Source of the DNA: Puccinia triticina
Lineage: Eukaryota
Assembly (NCBI GenBank): GCA_026914245.1
Contig: CP110440.1
Coordinates: 4,030,001 to 4,094,000 of the forward strand
Reading direction: 5' to 3'
DNA: 64,000 nt
Positions 25,847 to 39,134 of the stretch are shown here, in pieces. Position 1 is the stretch's first letter, and each line of letters opens with the position of its first letter. Both the position numbers and the translations under genes were made by a program. A model generated the notes under the pieces. The model was given only the letters and a program-made list of their open reading frames with translations. It was not told where the DNA came from and searched no databases.

Positions 25847-28439
25847 CGATATACTCACTCCTCGCCCCACCAAGGAGATCTAAATTCACCGAAACCCATC
25901 AGGTCGTAACCGATCCTATTCCAAGTCTTCAACTGAATTTTCCGACTTCCATTTAAAATAATGTTGGGTATTTTGGGTCCATTTCTAACTTCATTTAGTT
26001 AGGCCCAATCCTTCGACGCTTTATTTACGTTTCTTGTCAGATAATTTACATTCCTTGTAAAAACTTATACCTTAATGCCCACATTTTAGATCCGCAAGTC
26101 GTTTTTTCATGTATCTTGTCGAATCAGGTCTTTTCTCCTAATCTTTTGAGTCATTAGTGCAGTTTCCTATCCAAAGCATCGCATAATTTGTAGTACTTAT
26201 TAATTTATATGCACAAATTTTCCTGGCCATCTTCCACGCGTCTGCCGCATCTGAAATCAATATTCATCTAACTCTTATTCCCAAATCAAATGGCTACCTA
26301 CAAACCTGAGAAAGACCTAACTCACAATACCTCACTGAACCTAAAACCTAAATTCAATAACAAACACTTGTGTTATTGAGATACATATATATGTGACATC
26401 AGCCCCACGAAACAAACTGAGCAACCACCTAGGCCCAATAAAAAAAAGAAGAAGCATGCCACTGTGACTTGACTTGACTTGACTTGAGAAAAGTTTTCTC
26501 AGCGGGCTACCGCACCGGCCCTCGGAATCGATGCTTTTTCACATCAACCATAAAAATGAAAGATCACAGAGAAAAGGGTAAGAATCTTGTGAGAAAGCTC
26601 AAGCAGCAGGTGCTCCGAGTACGTGCGCAAGTCTGCAAGATGATTGGTGTGTGTGATGACTTTGTATCACCTAATCCTTACCGCATACTGGACAGGCAGC
26701 TATGAGATGATGAAGACATGCTAGCATCGGAATAAACCCGGAATGCACATGGTAGATATACCAATAGTGTTTCTTAAGTTTTGAATTTGACTGCTAGATA
26801 CAAGTGTAGAAGAATGACTCCGGAGAAGAGAAGATTCACCTTAAAACTAACAAAGGATCGCAAGTGCCCAAAAGGATGCCTAGTTGCAACTGGAGCGACG
26901 CTACTCAAGTTGAACAAAGTATCTTCATCTTGAATGAGAGGCCCCGAAGAGACCTGCGTCCGCTCGAGAAGTTTGGTGAGGCTGACAATTGAGGGAAACG
27001 GTTCTAACTTCTACATCGTTGCTGAATCAAAAGGATACAGAGTTTTATACTTGTTGCCAAGCGAAAAGCCTTTCCCGACCAACTGGGTTATCTGTTATGT
27101 GAAGGCTCGAAGACCCTTGGTCGACGCCGGACGGAATCCCCATCTCGCTGCCGTCTGTTCCGGCACTAACGTCAGGGCTTCAGGGGGCTTCGGGACTACC
27201 ACCGCGCGGGCTGGGAAGGGAGTTCGTAGTTGAACTAAAAATATGTATGTAACCTTCCGTTAGTTGCAACTCTGCTCATTTCGTTCTTTGATATTTACTC
27301 CGAAAACTTAGCGACATGGTCATAGACCAAGAGGCATTGGCGCTTGTATCAGCCGTCTGCAGTAAAATGCGATGTGAAGGTACGTACGCAGCTCATTCGA
27401 TAAGGAGGTCTGTTTCTAACCGGTAAAGGACATACAACATCCTTTGTACAGGAGTCTGCTAGCAGAAGGTTTGTCAAGCCCAAGGGTATGTTATGTAAGG
27501 GAAATTAGTTTGGCCTTTGAACCTATGCAGCTTCGTCAATGAAAATTATCCACGTTTCCTGACTCTTTGTAGCCCTTTGTTCCAAGGGATCACCTCAGTT
27601 GATGTTTTTATCACCGGCAAAGCGAGAATCTTTTGGCCCTTGTTTGATCGTTTGTCACTCAATCACTGCAGGATCAGAAATCGCAAATGCCTTATTGACC
27701 TACGTTTGCCGGTCATTACTTGAACCATTCCCCGGTGGATTTTTCTTGGGCCAACTTCTGTTTAACTCTCGATTTGTGACTGGTCGATCACTGGTGCTTC
27801 GGGCGAAAAATCAATATTTCATTTCATTCAATTATTTCGTAGGTAATCTGGTGATTGGTTATATATTGTGTGCATGTTCATCAGATTGTCGAAACATGTC
27901 TTCTTTTCCTCAACCCCCGCTCCTTCGCCGCCTTTTGCACGTTGATAAGAGCTTTAAATGAGCGACGTAAATTGCAGCATAGGCCTCGTTGTCTGCCTAC
28001 CAGATTCCCCAGGGCCACAGGCTCTATCGCTTGGCGTCATCGCAACATACATATAAATTTAACATTCATCTTATCCTTGATCTCGTCATGAAATTTTCTA
28101 ACATTCTGTTTTTACGACTCTTCCCAGGGCTGGCCGCGAGAAATCTAGAGCGGAACTTCCTCAAGCACCGAAGAGCAGCACATAGCCTTCAATACCGTCC
28201 TTGGAACCGAATAGCCGCAGTTCGTGTGGCGTTAAGGCACGTTTGTCCATAAGGCCTTAGATTTCAGCATTATTCCGAGTCGCGACCTTGTATAATCACC
28301 AGTTCTTGTGGCCGAACCACTCCTGGAGACAGAGCCAGTCTTGATTCCCCATGTGTAGGTTTCTGCCTCATCTGAAATTTCTAGCACTTAATTCGTGCTT
28401 GATTTGATAGAAAAATAGTCGCCATATCATCCACGTTAC

Positions 28440-28925
28440 GTGGTAACACTGCCAAGTTTTCTTATCTCAATGAAACTCCCTTGCCTGTGCGACATAGGGT
28501 TCAACTTTTGCAGCTCATCCGAAACGGGGACCGACCTGAATTATTTCCGAGAATCTACCGAGTACCATTACAATAGCTGTCCAGAGGTCGTCATGCAGGA
28601 CGCTCAATATTTTTCACCTTTGGACCCTTTGGACGTTACGAACGAACTGTTTGCGGAACTTGATCTGGAAAATTTAATGGAGATTGAGTCAGACTTCGAT
28701 TGGACCAAGGGAGGTTGGGAGGAGGAGTGCATCGATGTAGAAATGGTGGATCTGACGGGAGCATCCGAAAATATCATGTCCATGAGCGATTGTGGAATGT
28801 ACGAGGCGACCGAAAAACTTTGGAGTTTGAACCTGGAAGACAGCAATCTGCCATGGATTTCATCTGATATCTACATGGTTGACATACCTCAAGACGATCA
28901 TAGCGATTACATGATGTCTTTTTGA
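28440..28925 (+). CDS. Possible exon of an acidic hypothetical protein
   Basis: 161-codon D/E-rich open frame in non-repetitive, CpG-retaining sequence. 5' structure unresolved. Confidence 0.3.
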   Translation: MVTLPSFLISMKLPCLCDIGFNFCSSSETGTDLNYFRESTEYHYNSCPEVVMQDAQYFSPLDPLDVTNELFAELDLENLMEIESDFDWTKGGWEEECIDVEMVDLTGASENIMSMSDCGMYEATEKLWSLNLEDSNLPWISSDIYMVDIPQDDHSDYMMSF

Positions 28926-29396
28926 AACAAGAAGCTAGGGTAAAATAAATTTCACTTTCCAAGTTACCTCATCCTATATAATTAGCTCAAAATAATCTCC
29001 GAATTGCCTTCAACTTTTTTCCATGTTTTTAATTTTCCTTATCTGAGTTATTATCAATATTTTGAGGACATTGTTACCATTGTATAATTTGGTTTTTGTG
29101 GATATAATTAATTAACTGCCACAAAGCAGATGTAAATAGTTTTCTTGCTTGGGTATGCCAAATAAACCATCTGCTATGATCATCAATACTTCCAAAGCTC
29201 TTGCAGCTTATTCAAAAAAGAAACGGACTTAATTCGCGCACTGCAAAAAACACTTCGCGCACTGTGGGCGACCAATCCGCGACGTCGCGACGCAGTGCGC
29301 GCCCTCTGATAAACACTTTGCGCACTGCGAATTCCCCCCAAAAAAGGATTTGATTTTTGCCACTTTTTTTTGATGGATCTGCAGATAGGGTCTTCA

Positions 29397-30134
29397 GAGC
29401 ATCCGCATCTGTGGCTAAGTTAGCCCGGATTAGGGCACTTAGTTCACCCCCGCATCCAAATTGGCTCGGATCAACTCAGGATCAACTTGACCCGGAGCTC
29501 CGTTTGGAGCTACAATATAGTGGAGTCTAGATGTAGACCCCACTAGTCCTTGGACTAAACACAACATGCATATTCATCATGCTCAAAAGCATGAACTCTA
29601 TGTGTTTAGGTGCCCAACACATAATATACAGGAACCTAAACACATAATCTCTGACAGCCTTGGACCTGCAAATCTGCACCAATGTGGTCGGCCACTTGGA
29701 TTAGCTTATTCCAAGAATAATCTGAGCTAGTTAGAGCATCCACATCCGTGGCTAGATTAGCCTGGGCTAACTAGCTCGGATTACGATTGGAATAGGATAA
29801 TCCAATCGGCCATCCGCATGGGTGGGGATTAGCGGGTCCGAGGCTGTCAGAGGTTATGTGTTTAGGTGCCTATATGTTATGTGTTTGGCACCTAAACACA
29901 TAAAGTTCATGCTAACAAGCATGATGCATATTCATTTTGGGATTAGTCCCAGGATTAGTGGGGTCTACATTTAGACCCCACTAGCTCCAAATGGAGCTCC
30001 AGGCTAAGTTGATCCCCGGTTGATCCAACCTGATGCGGGTGCGGGGTCGAACTAAGTGCCCTAATCTGGGCTAACTTAGCGCCTGGTGCGGATGGTCTTA
30101 GTCCATACTAACTTAGCCACAAATGCTGATGCTC
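29397..30134. mobile_element. Tourist-like MITE (outer copy)
   Basis: Ends gagcatccgcatctgtggctaagttag / ctaacttagccacaaatgctgatgctc, with a TCA TSD at 29394-29396 and 30135-30137. Confidence 0.85.
29734..30097. mobile_element. Same-family MITE nested in opposite orientation
   Basis: Ends gagcatccacatc / gtgcggatggtc, with a TTA TSD at 29731-29733 and 30098-30100. Its sequence is the reverse complement of the outer copy. Confidence 0.85.
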
Positions 30135-30606
30135 TCATGACCCTATAAAAAATTCTGGAGGTCTTTGCCGCTTGCAATCTTCTGCAAAAAAATATTGATT
30201 AATTTATACCAAAAATAATGAGTGTGTGCCCCTTGGGGGTCAGAAAACAAACCCCTGTACCCAGGGAAGCTTGTAATTCAGGAGACTCCGCTTTTTCACT
30301 CCTCCAACTTGGTTTTGTTCCAAAGATCATGGATCCTCTCACCTCCCCAATGGCGTCCTTATCAAACAACAAGGAAGATCCCACCGTCTGACACGGCCTT
30401 TTCCCAGTTGGACAAGCTTTAAGTTACTTGCGACCAGCCCGCAATGGTGTCCTTAACAAATAAAAAGGAAGATCCACTGTCTGACACGGCCTTTTCCCAG
30501 TTGGACAAGCTTTATGGCACTTACAACAAGCCAGCCACTTTGAAGAAAGACTTCTCAAAGTAACTCTTGAGTAAGTTGATACTCACCTGCAGCCATCTTC
30601 CTCCAG

Positions 30607-30974
30607 GTTGCCGATCTCCAAGGTCAGCAACACCAATATCAGCCCAGTAATCAACAGCGTAAGCCAAAGATTCTACTAGCACATACTCTATTCTCTTCTG
30701 CTCCTCAACTGAATATCCTTTTTTCTTCTACCAGGATGAAATCCAATCAGTCCTCAGACCCGCCAGCGCTTCTTGAGTCAAACAACCATTCACCCAGAAG
30801 AAGAACCAAGCCCTCCTCTTCCGACTCAACCCATATGCCAAGGTGTTGATCCAAAACAAGACTCTCAAGCAGGCAAAGAACTTGAAGGTCAAGGCTGCTG
30901 CCAAGTCCAAGAAGGGCACCAAGAATATGGTCCCTGCCGGCAAGAAATTCCTGTCCACCCTCCAAGCCTCTTGA
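30607..30974 (+). pseudogene. RPL4: 60S ribosomal protein L4 (uL4) C-terminal fragment with intron
   Basis: LPISKVSNTNISPVINS|DEIQSVLRPASAS*VKQPFTQKKNQALLFRLNPYAKV...KKFLSTLQAS* matches the fungal RPL4 C-terminus as I recall it (IINS.EIQS..RP..QKKNPL.N...L.RLNPYAK). Intron 30659-30734, internal TGA at 30774-30776 and a small deletion. Confidence 0.85.
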
Positions 30975-31091
30975 TTGAGTTGTCCACTCAAATTTTTGCT
31001 CAGCAATAATAAGTATAATTGGCCCAATATGACCAAGAATGTCAGAACATATCACTGACACTGTGTCCATGTTTTGTTCCACTACTTCTTC

Positions 31092-31980
31092 CAGTGGTGG
31101 GTAGTTACGTTACTGAAAACAGTAATGTAACAGTAACATCACAGTTTTTAAGCCATCATTGTTACAGTTACTCGTAACAGTGGTGCGCTACGTTGTTGTG
31201 CCACTGCTTGTCCCATTTTTTTCTGTTTGCTACGCTATCCAGGCCTGCTGAGTATGTGATTTTGAATCCCATAGTACACAAGGTTGTGGGTTCAATACCC
31301 ACTTCACTCAGACCATACTTTTTGCAAGTTCAATATGTTATGAGCCCAGAGCTACCTGAGCGCTCCTTGCTTACAATAGAGACTTGATTAATTTGTGAAT
31401 GCTTACTTGTAAGACCAAGCAAACCCTTATAAGCCGACATCTAGATCACGGGTTCAATACCTACGCTGATCATCTTTCCCACTCTCTCTTGGGGCCAATC
31501 CCCACTTCCCATCATGTAGCAAGGGGGGGTGTTGAGTTGTCTGTTAGTCTGCTACCATGATGTATCACCACAGTATGGAGGGCTGTTGGATTGACCCATG
31601 AGCACAACTAACCAACCACTCAGCTGGCAGCCACAAGCGTCTGTAGCCCAGTTGGTAAATGCAGCACTCTCACATGTGTCTCAGCATAGCTGAGGTTTTG
31701 AGTTTCAATCTTACCAGACACATCTTCATTTTACAGTCTCTACACGCGGCGCACCAGATAAAGAGCTGATTTCAGTGCCAAAACGGCCCTTGAGGGCTTG
31801 TTATTGCGTTATCCAAGCAATAACGTAGTGTAACAGCGTCGGAAAAAGACCCGTTACGCTATCCATATGCCACTTAAACGGCCTGTTCCTTGTAAGGTAA
31901 CGGGGCGCGGTGGATAACACAGGTAGTTATGTTACGCAAATAGCACGGATAACACAACATAACGTAACTACCCACCGTTA
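31092..31980. mobile_element. MITE related to 15013-15393, with tRNA-like and Copia-like inserts
   Basis: TIR ggtgggtagttacgtta / taacgtaactacccacc. The TSD is degenerate. Confidence 0.7.
31637..31722 (+). pseudogene. Degenerate intron-containing tRNA (possibly Met)
   Basis: Acceptor stem gcgtctg / cagacac, A-box tagcccagttggtaa, anticodon loop ctcaca (cf. ctcata) followed by an insert, and a damaged T-arm gagtttcaatctt. Confidence 0.55.
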
Positions 31981-32598
31981 AGCCTTCTCATGTTGTGATT
32001 CTTGAAGGTCACCCACCACAGAGTTATCAACTCTAAACCCTTCTTTAGTCTGACTCTTGCTCATCCATCAACCATCCTCCTCTGGACCTTGTTAATCCAA
32101 AATCTACTACTTCATCTTCAAAATGACAAGGCTCTCTGTGAATAATTCAACAACCTCCTTTGATTCAAAGTTGAGTCTGCCAACATGGCCTAAGAAGTCA
32201 GTGGGCTGCTCTCATTATTGACACAAAGAACCACCTTCTTCATCAACTTGGGGAAAAGTTGCTGGGAAATCTAGCTTGTGGAGAAGCAGCACTGAACTAT
32301 CATCCAGAAGAAGAGCTGGCACAGATCATTTATCATCCTTGAGACAATCAATCACTCAAAAGTTACTTGTCTTTATCAGGCCACAACACTTCAGTCAGAT
32401 CTCCTGCAAATCCACAGGATTCAATTCAACCCCTTTCCCTACTCAGCCCATCCTGCCCCATCCTTTGCCAATTCAACTATCTAATCTTATCCAACCACCT
32501 TCTGGCCTCATTGATTCAGTAGAAAATCAGCGGACTTGATTGTCCATCTCACTTCTGAATTTCAACAAGCTGATGATCTAGTTTAGCACCGTCAAAAA

Positions 32599-33671
32599 CC
32601 AGGGGAGATATGTTCCCACTCCCCAGGGAGTGCCGGAGCTGAATTCAATGTGAGTTTTGGTTGGATGTGAGCCTGATGTGCATTATTAACTCATCCTTAA
32701 ATGAATTGAAGTGGATGCAGAAGTGAGTCAGAATTGATTTGGGAGTCAACACAATGTTGTGTAGAATTCTTTTGTTTTCTAGGTACAACTAGAGGAAAAA
32801 ATATGATGAAATGATATTTCACCCAAGTCCAACTCATCAATTGCTCCTGTTTGATGATGTTGAAGGATAGGAAAGCAAAATTGCCATTTTTGAATGTAAT
32901 TCCTGTAAAAAAAATGAGTTTCTTGTAATTCACATTATATGCCCTCATGTACAAAATTAAAGTAAAAGTCAACTTGGTATTATTGGGTTTAGAATTTTGG
33001 AATGTGGTAATGTTGCAGTAAAATTATTTTCTTGGAAATGCTGTAATTAATTTGAATTTGGCTAAAAGAAATGGTGATAAACTATTGTATTGGGGTAAAA
33101 GTCTGAGGTAAGTCAAGGTTGGATTGCAGTGCCACCCCAGTTTGGCCACATATCCTGGCCTCTTCACAAAAATGATTATGTGATTTTTTTTTTTTTTTGC
33201 TTTTCAAAATCCACATGTGCACATGCAAGTGAACTTTTTTGCACTTTGCTAATAGTCACCCTAATGTATGTGCGTACATTGAGGTGGAAATATCACAGGA
33301 TGGGCCTTTCACAGCCACATGAAAAGTAAAAACTTTGTGTTGAGACACCAATTGTCCCCCTGATGTACGCGAGTACATGAGGGGGACAATATGGCATACT
33401 GCGCCTTTCACATCCCCATGAAAAGGACACACTGGTCATGGAGCCAAGAAAGGCCTATATTTTGGATGAGTTCTGGATGAATTCCAGATGATTTCTGGAT
33501 TATTCCTTGGCAAGTTATGGTTTATTTCAGGATGATTTCCAACTGATTTCAAGCTAACTTCCAGTCTTGTTCATACCTATTCAATATTTCTTTACCAAAG
33601 GCCTCCAGCACAGTTATGGAAAAAAGTTACGGTAAGGCACTCCCTGGGGAGTGGGAACATATCTCCCCTGG
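32599..33671. mobile_element. Non-autonomous TIR element
   Basis: Perfect ~36-bp TIR ccaggggagatatgttcccactccccagggagtgcc. TSD unclear. Confidence 0.8.
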
Positions 33672-35350
33672 TGAAAAGGGTAACTTCTGCTGCCACTCAC
33701 TGGCTTTGTCCCTTCTAGGCCCTGAGCCATGTGATATTTATGTCAGCTTTTTTTATTGATTTCATTTGGTCACTCCAATTAGGCTGTCCTGTCATGAATC
33801 ATCATTTTAGAAATTTTGATAAAAGCAGAAATAAGGCAGAAGTGTTCTACAAAGTCATCTACATTCATCCTCCACACAGTTTGAAGATTGATTTGGTTAA
33901 AGCATTTATTTCTTGACTAAACAGAACATAGAAAATATGTAAATATATAATGTATAGAGTAAAACAACAATGAAACAAAACAAAACATGGGGAAATTACT
34001 TTTCATGGCAAAAATCAACATTGCTATATTATAATTCATGCCATTCAGCTTGCCCAGCTTGGGACAAATTGCACCATGTTCATGATGTCATGTTTGAATC
34101 TTCTGATGATTAAATACTGGTGAGATTCACACATTTTCCTAGACTAGAGTCAGTTGCACCATGAAAAACAATGTCTTGCTAGATGAAGCAAGGGTAACAT
34201 CAGGCCAAATTCAGCCTGCCAACCATCATCTCACAAATTTGTTTGCCATCAAAATTGATTGAAACTTAAGTTTGCCTAAAAAAAAAATCATGCATGTGAC
34301 TCTATGCATCTATGCTTCTGTATTGCAGCTCAACTTTAATGCCCCTAGGGGCTAGGGCTGGCAAAAGTTCCACTTTTTTTTTCCCCACAACAGAGTATTG
34401 CAGGCAGCACAAGGTGACAAAACTGAGGTCCATAACTTCATGGACACAGCTTGTGACAGATGTGTGGATCCTCAAGTTGATTGGCAAGAAAGGGGCAACT
34501 TAAACATTGTAGAAGCATAAACTATTGGACATACACATCTTGACAAGGAGCCCAACCCAATGAATGATATTTTTTTGTTGTCTGGGGCCAAAAATGTGCA
34601 CCCTTCACTATCTGGGAGTACTAAGCTGCATAACCCGGTATTCAAAAGTGAACATAAGCTTCTGGCTTAGAAAAGGGGGTGAGTTAATTTTACATGGTAT
34701 GTTTTACACCCGTCCGTCCATGCAAAAAATACCCATGTAAAATTGCATTTGACCATGTCCAAAACCAATTTTACATAGATTGATGGTAAACTACCCCATG
34801 TAAACACGTGCCGTGTAACACACGGCCTGCAAAACTCGCTCTGGTCGCCACCCCTGTCGGTACCATACAGCCTAATAGACAGTGCATGGAGGCGCGCTGT
34901 CAAGCCTTGCAGGTAGGTGATTCCGCCTCTCGTTTCATCTCGTTCCATCTCAGTCTCCCTCCCGCCATTTTATTACATAACATAGCGGGCCTGCTGTAGC
35001 CAGTAACCGGGAAGGCATCGGATCAGATATCCGCGTTTGATCCCCTATCCGGGGAAGACTGTAACCCGAACCCATGCCCCCGTTGTGTTGGATATGTACA
35101 TATTATGTGTCCCTGCTTAGCCTTATGTGTATGTAAATAAAATAGGTACCCGATCCCAACGTGCATTCTTCAAGTCTCTATGTACACCACTTGGCCACGA
35201 CAACTATCCTTCGACCCACCACCTCTCGTCTGAGTGATCCGACCGGAAAAAGACACACCCTCGGCCTTGGCTCCCACCTTGCCCTTTCTGTCATACGCCA
35301 AAAGTTGGATAACTCTTGGAGCCCAACGACTCGGACAAGGCCAAACAAAC

Positions 35351-38300
35351 ATGACTCGCCGATGCCACAACGACCCCACCTCTTTTATCAACTTTCTGGA
35401 CACCACAGGTACCTCAAGACGACACCGTACCCGGAGAGCCCGCGCTAGGGAAGCCTCAAGAGAGCGAGCCGAGGAAAGCGCGTACCTCACCGAGCTTTCT
35501 ATTGCTCAACAGCTCGGCCATATTGCTAGACCCACCATCCAGCAACCACACGAAAGACCCTTCAATGATCAGGAAGCCCACTTCGAGCCCCAGATTGGAA
35601 GCTACCAGGACCCAGAAATCGACGGGAACCAAGAAATCCTGCCGAGCGCTGCACACGCTGCATACTTCCGAAGCCGACGTTACGCTGAACATCGTGAACG
35701 GATGAGTCAACGGTGGAGTGAACTTGAGGAGATGGCTGCTGCAGCCTTTTTTGAGTGTCAAAAAACTTACTCCAACTGGACCACCCTTCCCAGTAACTAC
35801 GACTTACCACTCAATTCTTGTAAATGTACAGCAGCTGAAATTTGTACAAGAAAGGTTGACCTCATTGATATCATTGGTAAGCCCTCAGAGTCAAAGCAAT
35901 CTCAGATGGTTATTATACAGGCATACTAACATAAACTGTGCTACAGGCCGAAGTACGACCTACGTTCCATTTTGCAAATGCACATCTGATGTTGTCCGAC
36001 TTATATATTATGGATACATTGCGAGCTCGCCCGACAAACCTCGGACAGCATTTTCCATCCGACTTATTCAATTTCATCACCTCCTCTGGCAATCATCCGT
36101 CCTATCAGCATCGTCTTTTGTGAAAGCTCTTTCATGCTTTTTAGATACTCGAAGCAAGTCCCCTTTGTATGCTCGCGGCCTCAAGTACAAAAAAAGAGAC
36201 CTGCGAATTCCTTTTTCGTACAGCGTTGATCTGTATTCTCGGATTATCTTAATTCAAAAGACAGTCCAGGATGATGTGCTGAATTCCTCCTCAGCAGACC
36301 GTTGGGCAAGCAAGTGCTCACGGTGTTTTGGACCAAAGGAAGGGGAAATAAAGACTGACCCAAGTGAACCGGATGTGATAGTTGCATTGGATGGCAACTT
36401 CCAGCAGCGCCACTATGCCTATGCAAGTAAGGACAATCCTGATGAAGAAAAGTATCCAAAAAGCTTTGTCAGACCTTCTAAGATTGCGGCAGATGCGGTA
36501 TTGTTTACTGCAACGGACTCTGCGGCTGTTGGAATTGACGTGAGCCAAAATTGAAGATCAATAAGCTTGATATATGATACAAGTTCAATAGCTGAGTGTT
36601 ATACTTAAAATTTGCCGAAATGCAGCCACCCTGCTCAGACACTCATAAGGCTGCCAATGACACACGAAATGAAACAACATGGGAAAAGTGTGATGACAAT
36701 GGTCTTTTTGCGAGTACCTGCCGCCACGATATTCCCCTGCTCTTTGTGAACATATTTAAAACTGGCGAAAAGTAAGCTTGCATCAAGCATCTTACAATAC
36801 ACACACAATGGTCATGACTCTGACGGCCTTTGATCAGGCTGTATTATCCAATTTCAATTATCCAACACCTCCTGGATGAGTTTCCTCAAGATCAGATTGG
36901 GATTCTCTATGACCTTGGTTGCCATTTGGAGGCCCACATTCGGAAGGTATGTGCTCACCATAATCTTGGAGGTTAAAGAATTAAATAGAAACTGATATGT
37001 GATTTTGTTTCTTTTTACTACTCAAAAAAACTGACAACAAAGCGACATTTGATGTCTGACCGGGTAGATGACATTTCATTTGGCACATCGGTCTTTCATG
37101 CGTATGTGCATGAATGGTCATGCCAGGTCAAGTATAACCCACGTCTCAATAATGGGTGGGGTCTCTCTGATGGTGAAGGCCTTGAGCGGTTATGGTTGTT
37201 TTTATCGCCGTTGATATCCACTCTCCGTGTCTCCACTTGACTACATCGCCTCCTCTCCCTGCATTCTCGCGCCGAGTACTTCTCCAATTACTTAAACGAG
37301 ATGGCAGGTGAGTACTTCCATCAGGATTGTTTTGATTTATTATGTTGGTGATTGTAAAACTCACTCCAAACCCTGTGCCGCTTTGGGATAGCCTACTGGC
37401 TATCACAAAAATTAGAACATTCAAAAGGTGTTGCTGACACCGCTTGATTGGCACTTGCAAAGCTCCATCAAACACCAAATGCCGCCACCCCTGGACAGAA
37501 TTATAGCGACCAATTTTTTGAAGAACAGTGGCAGGAGGAAAAATCATACCATCTCAATGCGGACACAACTGAACGGCATCAAGTTGAACTTGGCCATCTT
37601 CTCTGCCTGGAGGAGGAACTGAACAGTGCATGGTGAGATTTTGTGTTTAAATATTGCTAGCTACGGTCTGCACTCTCTGACAATCCTACTAGGAGTACTG
37701 TCCCCATGACACCTGACCAGGTGATTGTTTGAATAAACACACTTTCCACGGTACAAAGAAAGCTTGCAGCACAAAGAGAAATTGTGGGTAACACTGGTGT
37801 GGCCGATGGCTTGTCAGGTTGGTTGACCAGATACCTGGCTAAATATTAGATTACTGATTGTTCCATCCAAATCGATGTTCTCAATCAATGCAGTTGAGCA
37901 ACAGGATCAATTGAAGATGATCTGGTATCTGAAAACTGAGTTGCGCAAGTCTTTTTTGGCGCTTGTGGAAGAAAAGCAGCCGCTGCTGCGAGTTTGTCGT
38001 GCTGGTGATAGTTCAACACTTGGTGAGCATTGTTTTCTTTTGGCCAAGGAATGAATGGTTGGGGCCCATCTGACCCTATCCTTTTTAATGACTAAAAAAA
38101 TAGGAACTCGTGGGCAGCAAAAGCTACAAGAAGCACTTCGCAAACGGGCCGGAAAACTTTGCACTGTCCTTGAAAAATACAACAGTCACATTGAAGCATT
38201 CCTTGTCAGCAATCCCAACCGGCCCGCCCCACCTATAATAGAGTATTGTGAACTACTTGGATTGCAGCCCGAGGATAATTTCTGGAACGATGGCCTTTTC

Positions 38301-39134
38301 ACCAATGCCCACGAGCCATGGGCAGTTGACCCCCTCACCCAGCAAGGAATACGGCATCTAGAATCCTATAAGCGAGCGGTGGAGGAAAAACGGTGTCTTG
38401 GGTGGGAAGTCCGTCGAGCAATGCGATGGGCAACAAAACAAAACGATGATCATCTAGAGATTTTACTAGCGCTCTTTGAGTTAAGTCGCAATCCTCAAGA
38501 GGAAGTCCCCACTGCTTTGCAGCCACTATTACGGCACCAATATCTTGACCATCAGTCCTTAGAATCGAAAATCAAGTCCTCCTTAGTTGTACTTCATTTG
38601 GGATTGATTCGTATCTGCAATTTGCAGCTTGACTGGAATCGGCATATTATTGGAGTGATTGAGGGAACAGAGGCACAAGCTGGCGATACAATACTCGTGA
38701 CGAAGTGGATTTCTCAAGTTGAACGGATCAAATATGCAACGACAAAAGGTTTGCTTTCCCAAATTCCAGGCGAGCTCAACGAAGCAGCGGTCCGATTCCT
38801 TGCAGGCTTTGAAGTAATCAATCATCCGACAGATCCTTCAGCAAGCAGTTCGAATCAAAACAACTCAGTTCCTCCTACCACCCCAGAGGGTGACATCAAT
38901 CCACGCAACGAACCTTCTCCCAGTGGCAGAGTTACCGCGGAATCACAAGAATCCAATGGACTGGCTGAAAGAAATGATCTAGAAGACCAATCTGACGAAG
39001 ATGCTGAAGGAGAGGAGGATACATACCTTGAAGACATGGAGGGTATTCTGGCGGAGACCATGCAGGCTGACCTTGAGCAAGAACATGGAGTCCGGATAGG
39101 CCAGGATCATTTTGTGGATCAAATGATGAATTAA
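35351..39134 (+). pseudogene. CxC-domain KDZ transposase, multi-exon, three premature TGA stops
   Basis: Motifs CKC...KVDLIDI...VPFCKC (CxC-like), CSRCFGP, VIVALDGNFQQRH, GLFASTCRHD, ILYDLGCHL, VFHAYVHEWSCQ, GWGLSDGEGLERLW and FWNDG..EPWA. Stops at 37238-37240, 37445-37447 and 37730-37732. Confidence 0.9.

Noticed and set aside
26400..28300. Short ORFs in unique-looking sequence
   Set aside because: No recognisable motif or coherent exon chain by eye.
37238..37732. TGA read-through or recoding in the KDZ transposase
   Set aside because: CGA-to-TGA decay explains the stops more simply, and the same lesion occurs in unrelated pseudogenes.
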